A DNA stretch of 64,000 bases, taken from NCBI GenBank assembly GCA_038496445.1, contig JALMLS010000579.1:186001-250000 (forward strand), written 5' to 3'. Made by a program: the position numbers and the translations under genes. Positions within the stretch are counted from its first letter, which is position 1, and each line of letters opens with the position of its first letter. Of this stretch, positions 1-11,785 are shown piece after piece. Source of the DNA: Trichosphaerium sp. ATCC 40318 (Eukaryota > Protista > Tubulinea). The notes under the pieces are model-generated. The model was not told the origin of the DNA and searched no databases. It saw only the letters and a list, made by a program, of their open reading frames with translations.

Positions 1-1269
1 TCCAGTTTCTAAACAAAACGTGAGTGAAAACTTCTGAAAGAAAAAAACTTACCAATGTCCCACACTCTAACTGTCTTATCCCCAGATCCAGAAACAAGTG
101 TTTGTCCATCAGGAGATATATCTACACCACGTCAAACTGTTAAAAACGCTCAATAATCTTGACATACCAATCGAATAGATTGGCTTTGTGTGACCCAAAT
201 ATCCTCGACAGAAACTCTTTGTAGTGATGTTCCACAATTTTAACTTCTCTTCACCACCAGAGGCAAGCAGATTAGAATTAGGAACAAATTTTACACCTCT
301 AAAATAAGCATCTCCTTCACCAGATACAACACTCTTATCTCTAAATGAACTAACGAACGATTAGCATTTCAGAAAGTTTTGCTCTTTTTTTTTTTGTAAA
401 CGTGCTGTATGTATTTACCAGTATCCGCATCGATTACATTAGCCACACGGTTACCTTAAGAAACGTTATCGATTGTAATGATCGTATATCCCATTTAATT
501 ACCTCCAGTGACAACCATTTTACCATCATTGGATATATCAACGGCGCACACGACGCTAAACAAACAATTAAAAAAATATATCCATTCAGACCCGATAAAG
601 GTTTTATCTCTTTATCATCACGTGACGCGAAAAAATGAAGTAAAAAATGAAGAGCTAGGGTTTACCTTGCGTGTTCTTGAGTGTGCATCAAATTTATTAT
701 CGGCTCTTTCGTCATAGATGGGTTGTAGCTTGTTTTCAAACATTTAGAATCAACCATACTACAAAAATTGCTTTTTGGTAATTTTTATCTTACCTCACAA
801 CCCACTCCTTCGCATTTGTTTGACTTCTCTCCACAAGCTGCCTATACGTGTGTTAAACCTTATGCGCAAGTATTTATACGCTCTACAAGCAGTCGAGCCT
901 AAAAAAAAGTTTTTCTTCTTCCTGTTATTTACTTTGAATGGTTTCCGTTTCCGAAACGCCTCATTGATAACATAGCTGTTGGCGTAGTCGTTCTCTGCAT
1001 CACGTGATTCGAAGGTGTTGTAATAGTATTTCTGACATTTCTTTCAGGCTGTGGAGCGTCGTTGTTGTTTTTATACAGAGCTTGACGGTATTTAACGATT
1101 TAAAAATAAATAGGCTTAAAAAAGAGCTACCATCTATTATTTCAGCCTGTATATGCGGAATAGAGCGCGTAGCCCCTTGACCATCAGTTACAGATATTAG
1201 CATCGAATTCGCCAAGCCAATAAGCTCATTACCACCAAGCTCAAGCACGGAAACTACTCGTTGTATCAT
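1..1269 (-). CDS. WD40-repeat protein (multi-exon, 3' end runs off the window)
   Basis: Spliced exons give WD-type repeats: EHASVVCAVDISNDGKMVVTG, VKFVPNSNLLASGGEEKLKLWN, GHTKPIYSI..VDISPDGQTLVSGSGDKTVRVWT. The 5' exons (about 780-1269) and the start are less certain. Confidence 0.75.
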
Positions 1270-1353
1270 CAGACTGCTATGACGTCACTACCATATTTTA
1301 AGGAACGCTGGCAGAGAATAACTTAACTCAGAATCATAAATCACATCATCAAC

Positions 1354-2890
1354 ATGGCAGCTGCTCAGCAACAAGGTAACCTAGACGAATTAGATGAAGG
1401 AGAGGAACATATACAGCAAATAGAAAAGCTGCAAAACCTCGGCATAGGCGCAGGTACATTGTCTTTTGAACAAGGACAACGAAGTAGACAGTTTTTGACT
1501 ACGTGCTAAGGTGATATCACAAAACTCAAGAGGGGTGGCATAAACACTGTTGCTGGTGTCCTTATGCAGACGAAGAAGGCAATCATCGTTTGCAATCCAG
1601 ATTCGAAACTGACTTTTCTTAATAGCTTCTCACTTCGATTAAAGGCTTGTCTGATGCTAAGGTTGATAAGATCTTGGAGGCGGCTGCAAAACTTCAGGTT
1701 TGCCAAACAAGTTTTGCGCGTAGACTGTAATACCTTACTCGCTAGACAAACATGTTTAAAACAGGCTTTGAAGTACTTCAGGAGCGTGATACAATTTCAA
1801 AGATAACAACAGGAAGCCCTGCTTTCGATACTCTTCTCGGAGGCGGTATAGAAACAATGAGTATTACCGAAGGTATCCTACGGCTTGGCTTTATTGCGAA
1901 CCACCTAACGGTTGTAATAGCTTTCGGCGAGTTCAGAACTGGCAAAACACAGATTTGTCATACGCTATGCGTAACTGCTCAGTTGCCCTCTTCACAACAA
2001 GGTATTTGAACGTTACTCTAACATCACCCCTTGCTTAGTATTTGTGTAGGCGGTGAAGGAAGAGTTTGCTACATTGACACCGAAGGAACTTTGTACGAAA
2101 AAAAGTCAACGACTTGGTCTAACTGTTAATGCTCAGCCGTCCAGAACGTATAGCACCTATTGCTGGTACTAGTAAGACTCTTAGTTCGCGAAACTCATCG
2201 TTGCGTAGAGAGGTTTGGATTAGAACCTAATGCTGTCCTCGAAAATATCATGTACGGTCGTGCATACACCCACGAGCACCAAGGTACGCTTTTGAGTAGC
2301 CGATCGCGGACTTGCTTCTACGCTTTATATTGACTTAAGTACAGATAGCTTAATAACAGCAGCGGCAGCAAAAATGGTCGAAGAAAAGTTCTCATTGCTA
2401 ATTGTAGACTCAATCACAGCGTTGTTTCGTGTGGATTTTAGTGGAAGAGGAGAATTGGCAGAAAGACAGCAAAAGCTTGCAAAGATGTTAAGCAAACTAA
2501 CGAAAATAAGCATAGAATTCAATGTGGCTGGTAAACAAAACAAAACGAAAAAAATTCTCAGTTTTTTCTCATCAATTCTTTTACGCCAAATACTAATATT
2601 GTAAAAAAAGTGTTCATAACGAACCAAGTTGTATCAGATCCAGGATCAGCTGCTATGTTCGTATCAGACCCAAAGAAACCAGTTGGCGGTCATATTCTAG
2701 CTCATGCCTCTACCACAAGATTATACTTGAGAAAAGGTAGAGGAATGCAACGTGTTTGTAAGATATATGATTCTCCATCTCTCCCAGAAAGCGATGCAGT
2801 ACGAATCATCTTCTTTCAACTTATCTTTTGACACTTTTCTTTCAGGTGTTTGAGATCTCAAATGATGGAATCAAGGATCCAGAGGCATAG
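1354..2890 (+). CDS. DMC1: Meiotic recombinase Dmc1 (multi-exon)
   Basis: [16 protein letters not shown] Walker [51 protein letters not shown] and [16 protein letters not shown] are Dmc1-type rather than Rad51-type. Stop TAG 2888-2890. Confidence 0.95.
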
Positions 2891-3005
2891 TTGTTTAGTT
2901 GTTGTTGTAAATAATAAAAACCACAGTATTGGTAATAGAGGTGTATTTAGCATTGTATCTGTTACTCGGCATAGTACCAAGTTGTTTGTATGTCGGTTGT
3001 CTTTT

Positions 3006-4361
3006 TTATAAACGTTCATCTTTAATTTGCTGTTCAAGCCATTGAAGTTCCTTGATAAATCCTCGATTTGGTTCTATTACCTTCCTTTTATTCTTTGCAA
3101 AAGACAACGCATCTGAAAGTGACATTTTCTTTTGTTTCATTAGATATGCAACAACAATTGACCCAGATCTACTGATACCTGCAGCGCTACAGAAAAGATA
3201 AATTAAAACAACACAGTTAAATTACTCTTCGTACCAGTGAACTAAACAAGCACCGCCGCCATCACGTGACTTATCAATGAATTCTATACACGTTAAAAAA
3301 TGGTCTCGCAGAGACTGATTTTCATCGTCTTGCAATGCAAGCTGTTTGTACTCGAAGGTCTAAAAATATATTTTAAGTTTTTTTCAATTTGATGTACGTT
3401 TAGTATGGTTGTACGTTTGGATATGGCTTTCGCCCTGATATCAGCATGAGTACATGTGTTATACCCTGTTGCTTTAATGCATTAATATTATCAGCAGCGG
3501 AGAAATCGCCAATATAAAGTCCATTAATTACTTTTTCTGGCACTGATGAAAAAAGTTCACATTGAGGTAATTTTTGGTTCAACTCCTCAGGCAGGTTCGT
3601 AAGTGGATTATCTGAAAGATTCAGGTATGTCAATCCACCTTAAATGATCTGTTAATAGCCTGAAACCATTTAGAAGTACTTACGAAGCGATAGTACCCCT
3701 GCAGGGAAGATTGTAATGCAATTACTGCAAAGTGTCAAATCAAGTAAACTTGACAGATTGGCTATGCTCTTTGGTAGAGCTTCTATTTCGTTGGTATCTG
3801 CACTAGAACGCGTATTAGAGATGCCATCAATTTGTACACGTAACTGTAGTACTTGTAGATTAGTACAGGAGCCAATATCGTTTGGAAGCTGCCTAAGCGA
3901 GTTACTACCTATGTATAGCTCTCTCAATTGTTTTAAAGCGCCTAAGTCCGGTAAGTCATAGCGCCAGTGACAAAAGCGCACCGATCCCGTCTGATAATGC
4001 GCAAATGCCGTCATTGTACTTGCAGCGTAACACCTCAAGCTTTTGAAGTTTGTATATAACGTCCGGTAACGAAGTTAGCTTATTTCGGGATAAATCGAGA
4101 TGCGTCAGGTTTTGAAGGTTCGACAGTTGTGTAGGTAAAGTTATCAGTTTGTTTTCAGCCAGAATTAACTTCGTTAGAGAAAATAGTTTGCAAACACTCG
4201 CAGGAACGCTCCTCAAGTCTTCAATGGGCGTAAGAAGGTTAAGTGAACTATCTGGACGCACTAGATTTCCCTAGATGCAATGAACCGTCTGTCAAGGCAG
4301 CTACGGCGTCCACAACTACTCTTTCATCTTCAGAGAGTAATTTAGGCTCCGACCACTCCAT
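3006..4361 (-). CDS. Leucine-rich-repeat dual-specificity (MAP-kinase-type) phosphatase
   Basis: N-terminal LRRs (LTHLDLSRNKLTSLP, LRELYIGSNSLRQLP) followed by a DSP domain: GLYIGD, CLVHCAAGISRSGSIVVAYLM, VIEPNRGF. Architecture resembles amoebozoan MPL proteins. Confidence 0.9.
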
Positions 4362-4567
4362 TGCTGTAGTTTTGTTCGTTTCAGAAAACTTTGACTGATC
4401 ACGTGCTAAAGTAAAAGTGCAAGTAGGCCTTCCAACGCTTTTTGGAATTACTAGTTTGTAGGACCGTACGCTAGTAAGGTAAGTGGGGCTGTTGAGCACA
4501 CTTAAATATCTGTGGGTGTTTTTGTTTCACCGCTTTTTTATTTCTATAATTTTTGTGTGCTAAATGA

Positions 4568-6352
4568 ATGGCACTTTCCAACACAACGCATCTGCTCATT
4601 ATTATTGGGCTTCTTGTATGTTTTAATGCAACAAGCGCCAGTCTTCAATATGGCCAATCATGCAGTTGGGGATCTAATACATACACCCTATACTCTGGCA
4701 CTCTAGATGAAAATTGTGAAGAAGGTGCGCTGCTACCAACATTTTTGAAAAGATTTTCATCTCACTCATCGTTAGGCAATTCTCTTGTTATTGAAAGCCC
4801 TTTGGAGAGTGCCATGATAACCACTATAAGTGTAACGACTAATTAACGTTTATAAGAAGCGACTAAACGTGCTTTTCTAGGACTCTCTTCAATTAAACAT
4901 AGCGAGCACACTTGGAGGAGTCCTTTTGTGGGATAACAATAAGCCAGTATTACATTCGCTGTTGACTCAATGTGTTGCAGGCAATACCAAGTTATCAGGA
5001 CACCCAACGTTGATACAAGGCGTAAGAAGGCGGTACAAATAGCTTTTAACTAAACCAAATCTACAACAGGCAATTCATGACACAATGACACGTGCTTCAG
5101 ACTACATTTGTAAATCCTCTCGTACTAACGTCATTACGCCATGTATACCCTCAGCAGCTCCTTTCTTTTGCAACACTACTGACATTAACATGGCATCTGA
5201 CAGTGGTGCGTGATACTTATGCTGTTATTTAAACAAAAACCAATCCTATTTTGGGATCTGACATTTCTTGATTAACGAGTTGTAGGTAATTGTTACATTG
5301 TAATACCTGAACAAGATGTTCCATGGATGAAAGCGCAAGGTACATCAACATAACGAAATATTTATGATAACCTACAGGGCAGGAAATTGTATGAAACTTG
5401 GTGGGCACCTTGTCAATATCGATTCTGAAGATGAAAACGATATCATCGTTGGCCTTTCTAATAGTGCATCAGTGCCTTCTGTTTATTGGATTGGATTGTT
5501 TAGCGGCATGGGCGATCATTTAAATTATACATGGGTACGTACAAAGCAAAAGTAGTACTTAAAAGCCTTAGTAATAACATTGCTTAGTCGATAACTGGTG
5601 ACCGTCTTGACTATGGGAAAGTATTTCAGCAAGAACCATGGTCAAACAAAGAACCAGGAAATAGTTCTGTTGGAGCTATGACAGAAGACTGTGTCATATT
5701 GTATGTGGAATACTATAACGTTATCAGCTTACATTACTCAATACAGGTGGGGCGTACATTGGGCAGACTTCTATTGTTCCAATATTGGTCAGAACCTAAC
5801 AAGACCTCTGCGAGCTATTTGTGAGATTGTCATACCTCCTCCTTCACCGCCTAGTATGGCTCCTACTTTAACTCCTACAGAAGTACCATCAAGTGGTAAG
5901 TCACATGTTTATTTTTACAACATCCTAAAGTGTTGTCAATCAGGAAATTATGCTCCTGGTAACACCACTATTCAGCTTTATGGACCCTTTATTGTAACAG
6001 GTGCACAAGCCATTCAACGAGCATTATTTTTTCTCAAAAAGTTCTAAAAAAGGAAATGCAACGTTCAGTGACACAATACTTCAAATTAAAAACGAGTCTG
6101 TTCAAATCGAAGTTGAAGGATGTATTGATGGAAGTGTTGTTTGAGTTGAAATACCTTGAAGGGTGCACTCAAGTTTCACCAAAGATCAAGACAACACCTC
6201 AACAATGTGTTGTTTCAGAAGTGCTAAATCGCCAGAAAAAGTTTCAAGTATTCAGACTCACTACTCAGCGTTGCTCTATGGCGATCTCTCACTCAAGTAC
6301 CAAGTTTATTTATATTGTAATAGTGTTATTGTACTTGTTAACTGACTTATAA
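4568..6352 (+). CDS. Secreted C-type-lectin-domain surface protein, copy 1 (3' part frameshifted relative to copy 2)
   Basis: Signal peptide; CTLD motifs WMKAQGNCMKLGGHLVNIDSEDEN, YWIGL, WSNKEPGN..EDCV, WADFYC..RAICE; Pro/Thr linker. With copy-2 splicing it stops at TGA 6142-6144. The hydrophobic tail frame ends at 6352. Confidence 0.8.
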
Positions 6353-6632
6353 TGTAAACATTAAATTCATAGCACGTATAGTATTAAGAACCAAATGCCC
6401 TTGAACCATAGGGTATGGTTTCAGAAATACGGCAAAGATAGTTGCACTCAGGTTATAGGCTAAGAAGCATAGACCTGTAAGAAACGTATTGTGTTTTGAA
6501 AGGAGGTAGTAACTACAATTTTGAATAATAGTCAGTGAGATCGCGAGTAATATGCCCAGTGCGTCTATTGTCACAAATGTACTTTGGGTGTTTCAGTTTC
6601 GCCGCTTAATTTTTGTGCACGTGATAAATGAA

Positions 6633-8499
6633 ATGTCGCATTCCAACACAACTCGTCTCCTTATTATTATTGCGCTTCTCCTCTGTATTTACATCATAAG
6701 CGCAGATTTACAATACGGTGAATCTTGTAGCTGGAAATCCAACACTTACACCCTACACTCTGGTACCCTGGACCAAAATTGTGCGAATGGTATGATGTAA
6801 CCAACATATTGTGCAAAAAAAATTGAGTTAACCCCTTAAATTGTTAGGCAACTCTCTTGTTATTGAAAGCCCTCTAGAGAGTGCTGTGATAACTACTATA
6901 AGCGTAATTACCACTGAGCATTTATAAGACGCGACTAAACGTGATTTTGTAGGACTCTCTTCAATTAAACATCAAAAACGAAGGAGGATTCCTTCTTTGG
7001 GATAATAATGATCCAGTAAAACTTTCACTGTTAACTATTAGTGTCGCAGACGATCAATTCATATCAGGCCACCCAACGTTAGTACAAGGCGTAAGGAGAC
7101 AGTACAACTAACATTTTATCTAAAACCAAAACTACAACAGGCAATTCATGACACAATGACACGTGCTTCAGACTATATTTGTAAATCCCCTCGTACTAAC
7201 GTCATTACGCCGTGTATACCCTCAGCAGCTCCTTTCTTTTGCAACACCACTGACATTAACATGGCATCTGACAATGGTACGTGATAGTAATAAGGACTTC
7301 TATTTGAAGAACCCAAAGCTGTTATGGACTTTTTTGGCCAGTACCGATTTGTTTGTAGGTGTTTGTTACATGGTTATACCTGAACAAAATATTACATGGA
7401 TGAAAGCACAAGGTGCATTAATAAAAATATATTTGTTTGTATTTGATTAACCTAAAGGGTAGGTAACTGTATGAAACTTGGTGGGCACCTTGTCAATATC
7501 GATTCTGAAGATGAAAACGATATCATCGTTGGCCTTTCTAACAACGCATCAGTGCCTTCCATATACTGGATTGGATTGTTTAGTGGCATGGGCGATCATT
7601 TAAATTATACATGGGTACGTACAAAGCAAAAGTAGTACTTAAAAGCCTTAGTAATAACATTGCTTAGTCGATAACTGGTGAGCGTCTTGACTATGGGAAA
7701 GTACTTCAACAAGACCCTTGGTCGTGGAAGGAACCGGGAAACAGTTCTATTGGAGGGATGACAGAAGATTGTATCGTGATGTACGGATATTAAACAATAA
7801 AAGCTCTAACATTTATAATAGGTGGGGCGTACATTGGGCAGATTTTTTCTGTTCTGATGCTAATCAGGTTGTGAGACCTCTTCGAGCCATTTGTGAGATT
7901 GTCATACCTCCTCCTTCACCGCCTAGTATGGCTCCTACTTTAACTCCTACAGAAGTACCATCAAGTGGTAAGTCACACGTTTATTTTTACAACATCCTAA
8001 AGTGTTGTCAATCAGGAAATTATGCTCCTGGTAACGCCACTATTCAGATTTTTGAAAACTTGATTGTAACAGGCACGCAAATAATTACACTGAGTGTTCA
8101 ACATAAAGTGGTCTAAAGTTCTTAAAAAGGAAATGCGACGTTCAGTGATACAATACTTCTACTTCGAACTGAGATTGTTCAAATCGAAGTTACAGGATGT
8201 ATTGATGGTTCTTTTGCAATTGACATCCGTAGCATACAGGTAATGTAAAGTGAAAACGCTGATATTTGATACTAATGCTGTCAAAGGAAGTGTTGTTTGA
8301 GCTGAAATACCTTGAAGGGTGCACTCAAGTTTCACCAAAGATCGAGACAACACCTCAACAATGTGTTGTTTCTGAAAGGGCAACCGCACAACAGTTTCAA
8401 CTTCTCAGACTCAAGACTCAAAGTTGTTCTACTGCATCTACGCACTCAAGTAGAATATTGTTATATTTCGCATTTGTGTTACTGTTGTCTTTTGTGTAA
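6633..8499 (+). CDS. Secreted C-type-lectin-domain surface protein, copy 2 (probably GPI-anchored)
   Basis: Tandem paralog about 2.08 kb downstream with the same exon structure. Intact C-terminus STASTHSSRILLYFAFVLLLSFV* resembles a GPI signal. Confidence 0.85.
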
Positions 8500-8555
8500 A
8501 CCGACATATCAAATTTTTATTGAAAAAATATAGTACATTACTTTGACTAAGCACC

Positions 8556-9158
8556 CTATATCTTTGACTTGATTTCTGTTAACCCGATAGAAAACGTTGT
8601 TACAGGCCCATCTTGGCTAACCTGTTGAAATCCAAGCTTCACAAGCATAGAGAACATTACTGGAAACCGTTCTTTTTGAGTTCTTTCATAGGACATTAAA
8701 TGTCAGATAGAATCTTAAATATTGTAGTAAACGTGGCTGTTACCTTATTGATAATGTTGAATAACTTTTCTGAATAGCTATGTCTACTATGCGCATTCCT
8801 ATTGATTTCATTAAGCCACGCTTACGGAAAGCAGGGAGCGTTCCTACACAATTGGTTACATATTTTTTGGGCTACATACTTTAACCCACGTGCCTCCTAC
8901 CCACAAGTGTAAGGTCCCAGGACATCTCTCGTACACAGAGCAGAAAGCTACTGGTTTAAGATTGTCAAACACGACCAGTGAGAAGCCGTTTTTTTGTAAT
9001 TTCTCCTTCCAAACCTGAGAATTCGAAAACTTTTCTGAAAACCCAAAAATAAGCTCAGAAAGCGCCATTATATCAGCTAGTCTATCTTTAAAGCCGTTAA
9101 TACAATCATGTACACTAATACATCTACCTGTGCCGTCAACCTGCTCAATTTGGTGCAT
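8556..9158 (-). CDS. GNAT-family N-acetyltransferase
   Basis: Spliced LHLWVGGTLPAFRKRGLMK (acetyl-CoA motif A) and MLVKLGF motif; 3 exons. Confidence 0.75.
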
Positions 9159-9353
9159 TGTTTAACCTACAACCGTTTCTTCTGTTAGAGTATCGAAAAA
9201 AAGAAATATTATAACTTAAGTACGGTAGAAATCTCAGTATTTTTCATACTATGGAAAAGCTTACCAAGTCTGACTAACCGACGCCTCAAACAAACTGATA
9301 ATAGGCGAAAATAATGAGAAAGTTTATTGTGCATAGCAAATGTTGTAGCGGCT

Positions 9354-9446
9354 ACATTTCGATCATAAAGCATCAGATAATTACAGCGAAAGGTATAAAC
9401 CTGTTGTTTCGTTATTGCAATAATCTTCATAAAATAAACGAAATGT
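9354..9446 (-). promoter_or_regulatory. SECIS element (selenocysteine insertion sequence)
   Basis: Minus strand: helix I ACATTTCG/CGAAATGT; core ATGAA (9430-9426) paired with TGAT (9375-9372); helix II GATTATTGCA/TGTAATTATC; apical AA plus minihelix CGAA/TTCG. Starts about 35 nt after the deiodinase stop. Confidence 0.85.
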
Positions 9447-9480
9447 CTCCGGCACTGTTAGTGCTTTAGGTAGAATAAAT

Positions 9481-10871
9481 TTACCCAACGAGCTTTTCTA
9501 TGAGCTCATCGATTTGTTCAGGCCATCCGTCGGTCTCTCCTTCATCACCAGACTGAGACTAGATTCAAAACAATAAGCTTTTGACAATAGATCCAACAAC
9601 ACACACAACGTACAATGTAAACGACTTTGCCTTTGTGAACAACATAGAATCGCTCAGGCCAAGGAGCGTAAGCACCTTCGAATGGGTTATGCATAGGGTC
9701 AACATAAAGAGGTATCTAAAGAACATTAGTCCAGGAGCCGAAAAACCTGCAAAAAACAAGCTTCAATCGTCAGGGTCCTGCTTACTCTGTATGTTCTCTC
9801 TTCCATCATTCTTTTTGCTGCAGCAATCCTATCATCTAAACTTTTATGTTGTGGGATATTGTAAACGGTTCCTAGTGGCCTAAGAGTTGTGTGAGGAACG
9901 TTGTTGACAGAAAGAAGCAATTTTTGCAGAGAAGAGAATAAGTAGGAGTTCTCACCATTGATCAGAAGCATGAGCTTCAATGACATACACCGTAACGAAG
10001 TTTGCCTTTGCCTTCCATTTATCATACAAGGCGTGGAGCTTGACAAACTCCGCCTCAAACGGTGGTCACGTGTACGAACCCGCAACTATAATCTACAGTT
10101 AACAACATACAAAAAAAAACCAGTGTTTAGAGCGTACGCAGGACTAGCGGCTTTTCAGACTTGAGAAATTGCACAAGGTGGAACTAAATATGGTTTAGAT
10201 GGTATTGGTATGAAAAGAAACCAAAGAGAAGAACAGAAAAGTTAAAACATTCGATATCGGTCTCAAATTCAATGAAAACAAATACGCACTGGTTCTTTGT
10301 CTAGCGTTAATATTTGAGGGAGTGGTGCAGGGTCACCGAGGCGTAGAGTGGTATCACGACTTATATCATACTTGATATAAAGAATAGCTTCCTTTAGAAA
10401 GAGTTTTAGTTGTTTTGTTACCTGACACTTCTTAGTCGTACACGCATTTCTTCGTCGCCTGGGAAGCGTGCTCTAGTACTTCTGTAGACATCTAAGGCGT
10501 CTTCGCTTGGTTCAAAGCCAAACTCCTAGTTCATCGGTTATATTGCATTACCTATGGTTTTTGTACCGTCAGCACTTGGCGTTGGATTGCCTAGGCTGTG
10601 TTAAGACAGAAGATTTTGACTAATAGACGTACGTCTTCAATGAGGGTGGTAGGTACAATAAACTGATAATAGTGTAAGCTGTCGTCCGTTTTGATTAAAT
10701 CTATGATCATACCTTTTTACGTTCAATATCGTACTTTTTTTGCGTCTTGTGGCTGTTAGAATGCGTGGGTATTACTTTAACGCGTACCTCATCCGAAAGC
10801 CGCAAGGCGTTCTCTCGTTTGAGCATCTTGACCAGAATTTCTCTGGTCATACGCTCCTCAAGCGTTGCCAT
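9481..10871 (-). CDS. Iodothyronine deiodinase-like selenoprotein (about 11 exons; Sec TGA at 10066-10068)
   Basis: Spliced product: ..LGDPAPLPQILTLDKEPFHLVQFLKSEKPLVLLAGSYT-U-PPF..ANFVTVYVIEAHASDQWPLG..IPQHKSLDDRIAAA..PLYVDPMHNPFEGAYAPWPERFYVV.. These are the deiodinase signature motifs. SECIS downstream. The start could lie further upstream. Confidence 0.92.
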
Positions 10872-11084
10872 CTCGTGCGCCTAGGAATACTTATTTTATG
10901 ACTTTCAACGAACTTAATTGCGTGTTACCGATAGAACGACAAAAAAACGAAATGTACGCTCAAAAGGCACATTCTCACTGAACTTTGGAGCTAGAGAGTA
11001 AAGGAAGTGATCTAATTTCTAAGTGACATTTGATAAAGTAACAAGTTTTATTTACATTTCTGGGAATTTGTTCGTGTTATCAAC

Positions 11085-11366
11085 TTATTCTGTAGCGTTG
11101 CCCCAAGTGTTTATAAAGTATTGCGCTTCCTCGAACGTGTTCATACGAGAAAGAACTGGTTTACGTTTCCTTTGCGTTGTTTTGTGGTTTGTACTTCTTG
11201 TCGTTGATTGATAGTTGGTATAAGGGCGTGCGTTGCTGTGATTAGCTCTCATGGCGCTGGCAGCTTTATTTCGTTCTGTGCGTGTAACTCTGCTTGGACC
11301 CATCTGATTAAACCAGGCTGCGTTTTCGCGGAGCATTCTCTCTTCTCTTTGGCCTCTTCTGTTCAT
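11085..11366 (-). CDS. Small basic orphan protein (93 aa, single exon)
   Basis: A-rich leader (CAAAACAAAATG), clean ORF and AATAAA about 35 nt after the stop. No recognisable domain. Confidence 0.5.
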   Translation of the reverse strand: MNRRGQREERMLRENAAWFNQMGPSRVTRTERNKAASAMRANHSNARPYTNYQSTTRSTNHKTTQRKRKPVLSRMNTFEEAQYFINTWGNATE

Positions 11367-11785
11367 TTTGTTTTGTTGCGTTTAGTGTTGTAGTGTTTGT
11401 AACTGATTGCTTGTTTACTTATTGTATGAGCTGCCACTTAACTGCGATTATTAATTGAATCTACAATAAAGTTGATAACTCCTATTTCGAAGAACTCTTG
11501 GTAGCGTTTCAATTACTAACAAAGAATGTGGAAGAGCCAGCGATTGCGAAAGCATTATGCTGAGTTGTAAGAGCCTTTTCATCGTACAGAACTAGCTTTT
11601 TTATGATGGTCGAGCATATACAAGAATCATTTGGGTAGAGAATAAAGTGAGAATGTCGCAGCGTGTTTCTTCAAAAACTCAAAACACTTCCCAACTACTT
11701 TAAAAGAACATAACACTCATGCTATAAGAGTACTATTACAAGTGGCTAAGATCAAAGTATTATATTTATTGTATTCTGGATTCTT

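Noticed and set aside
9726-10085. 119-aa ORF from the track as a standalone gene
   Set aside because: It is a chimera of an off-frame exon, an intron and one true exon of the deiodinase selenoprotein.
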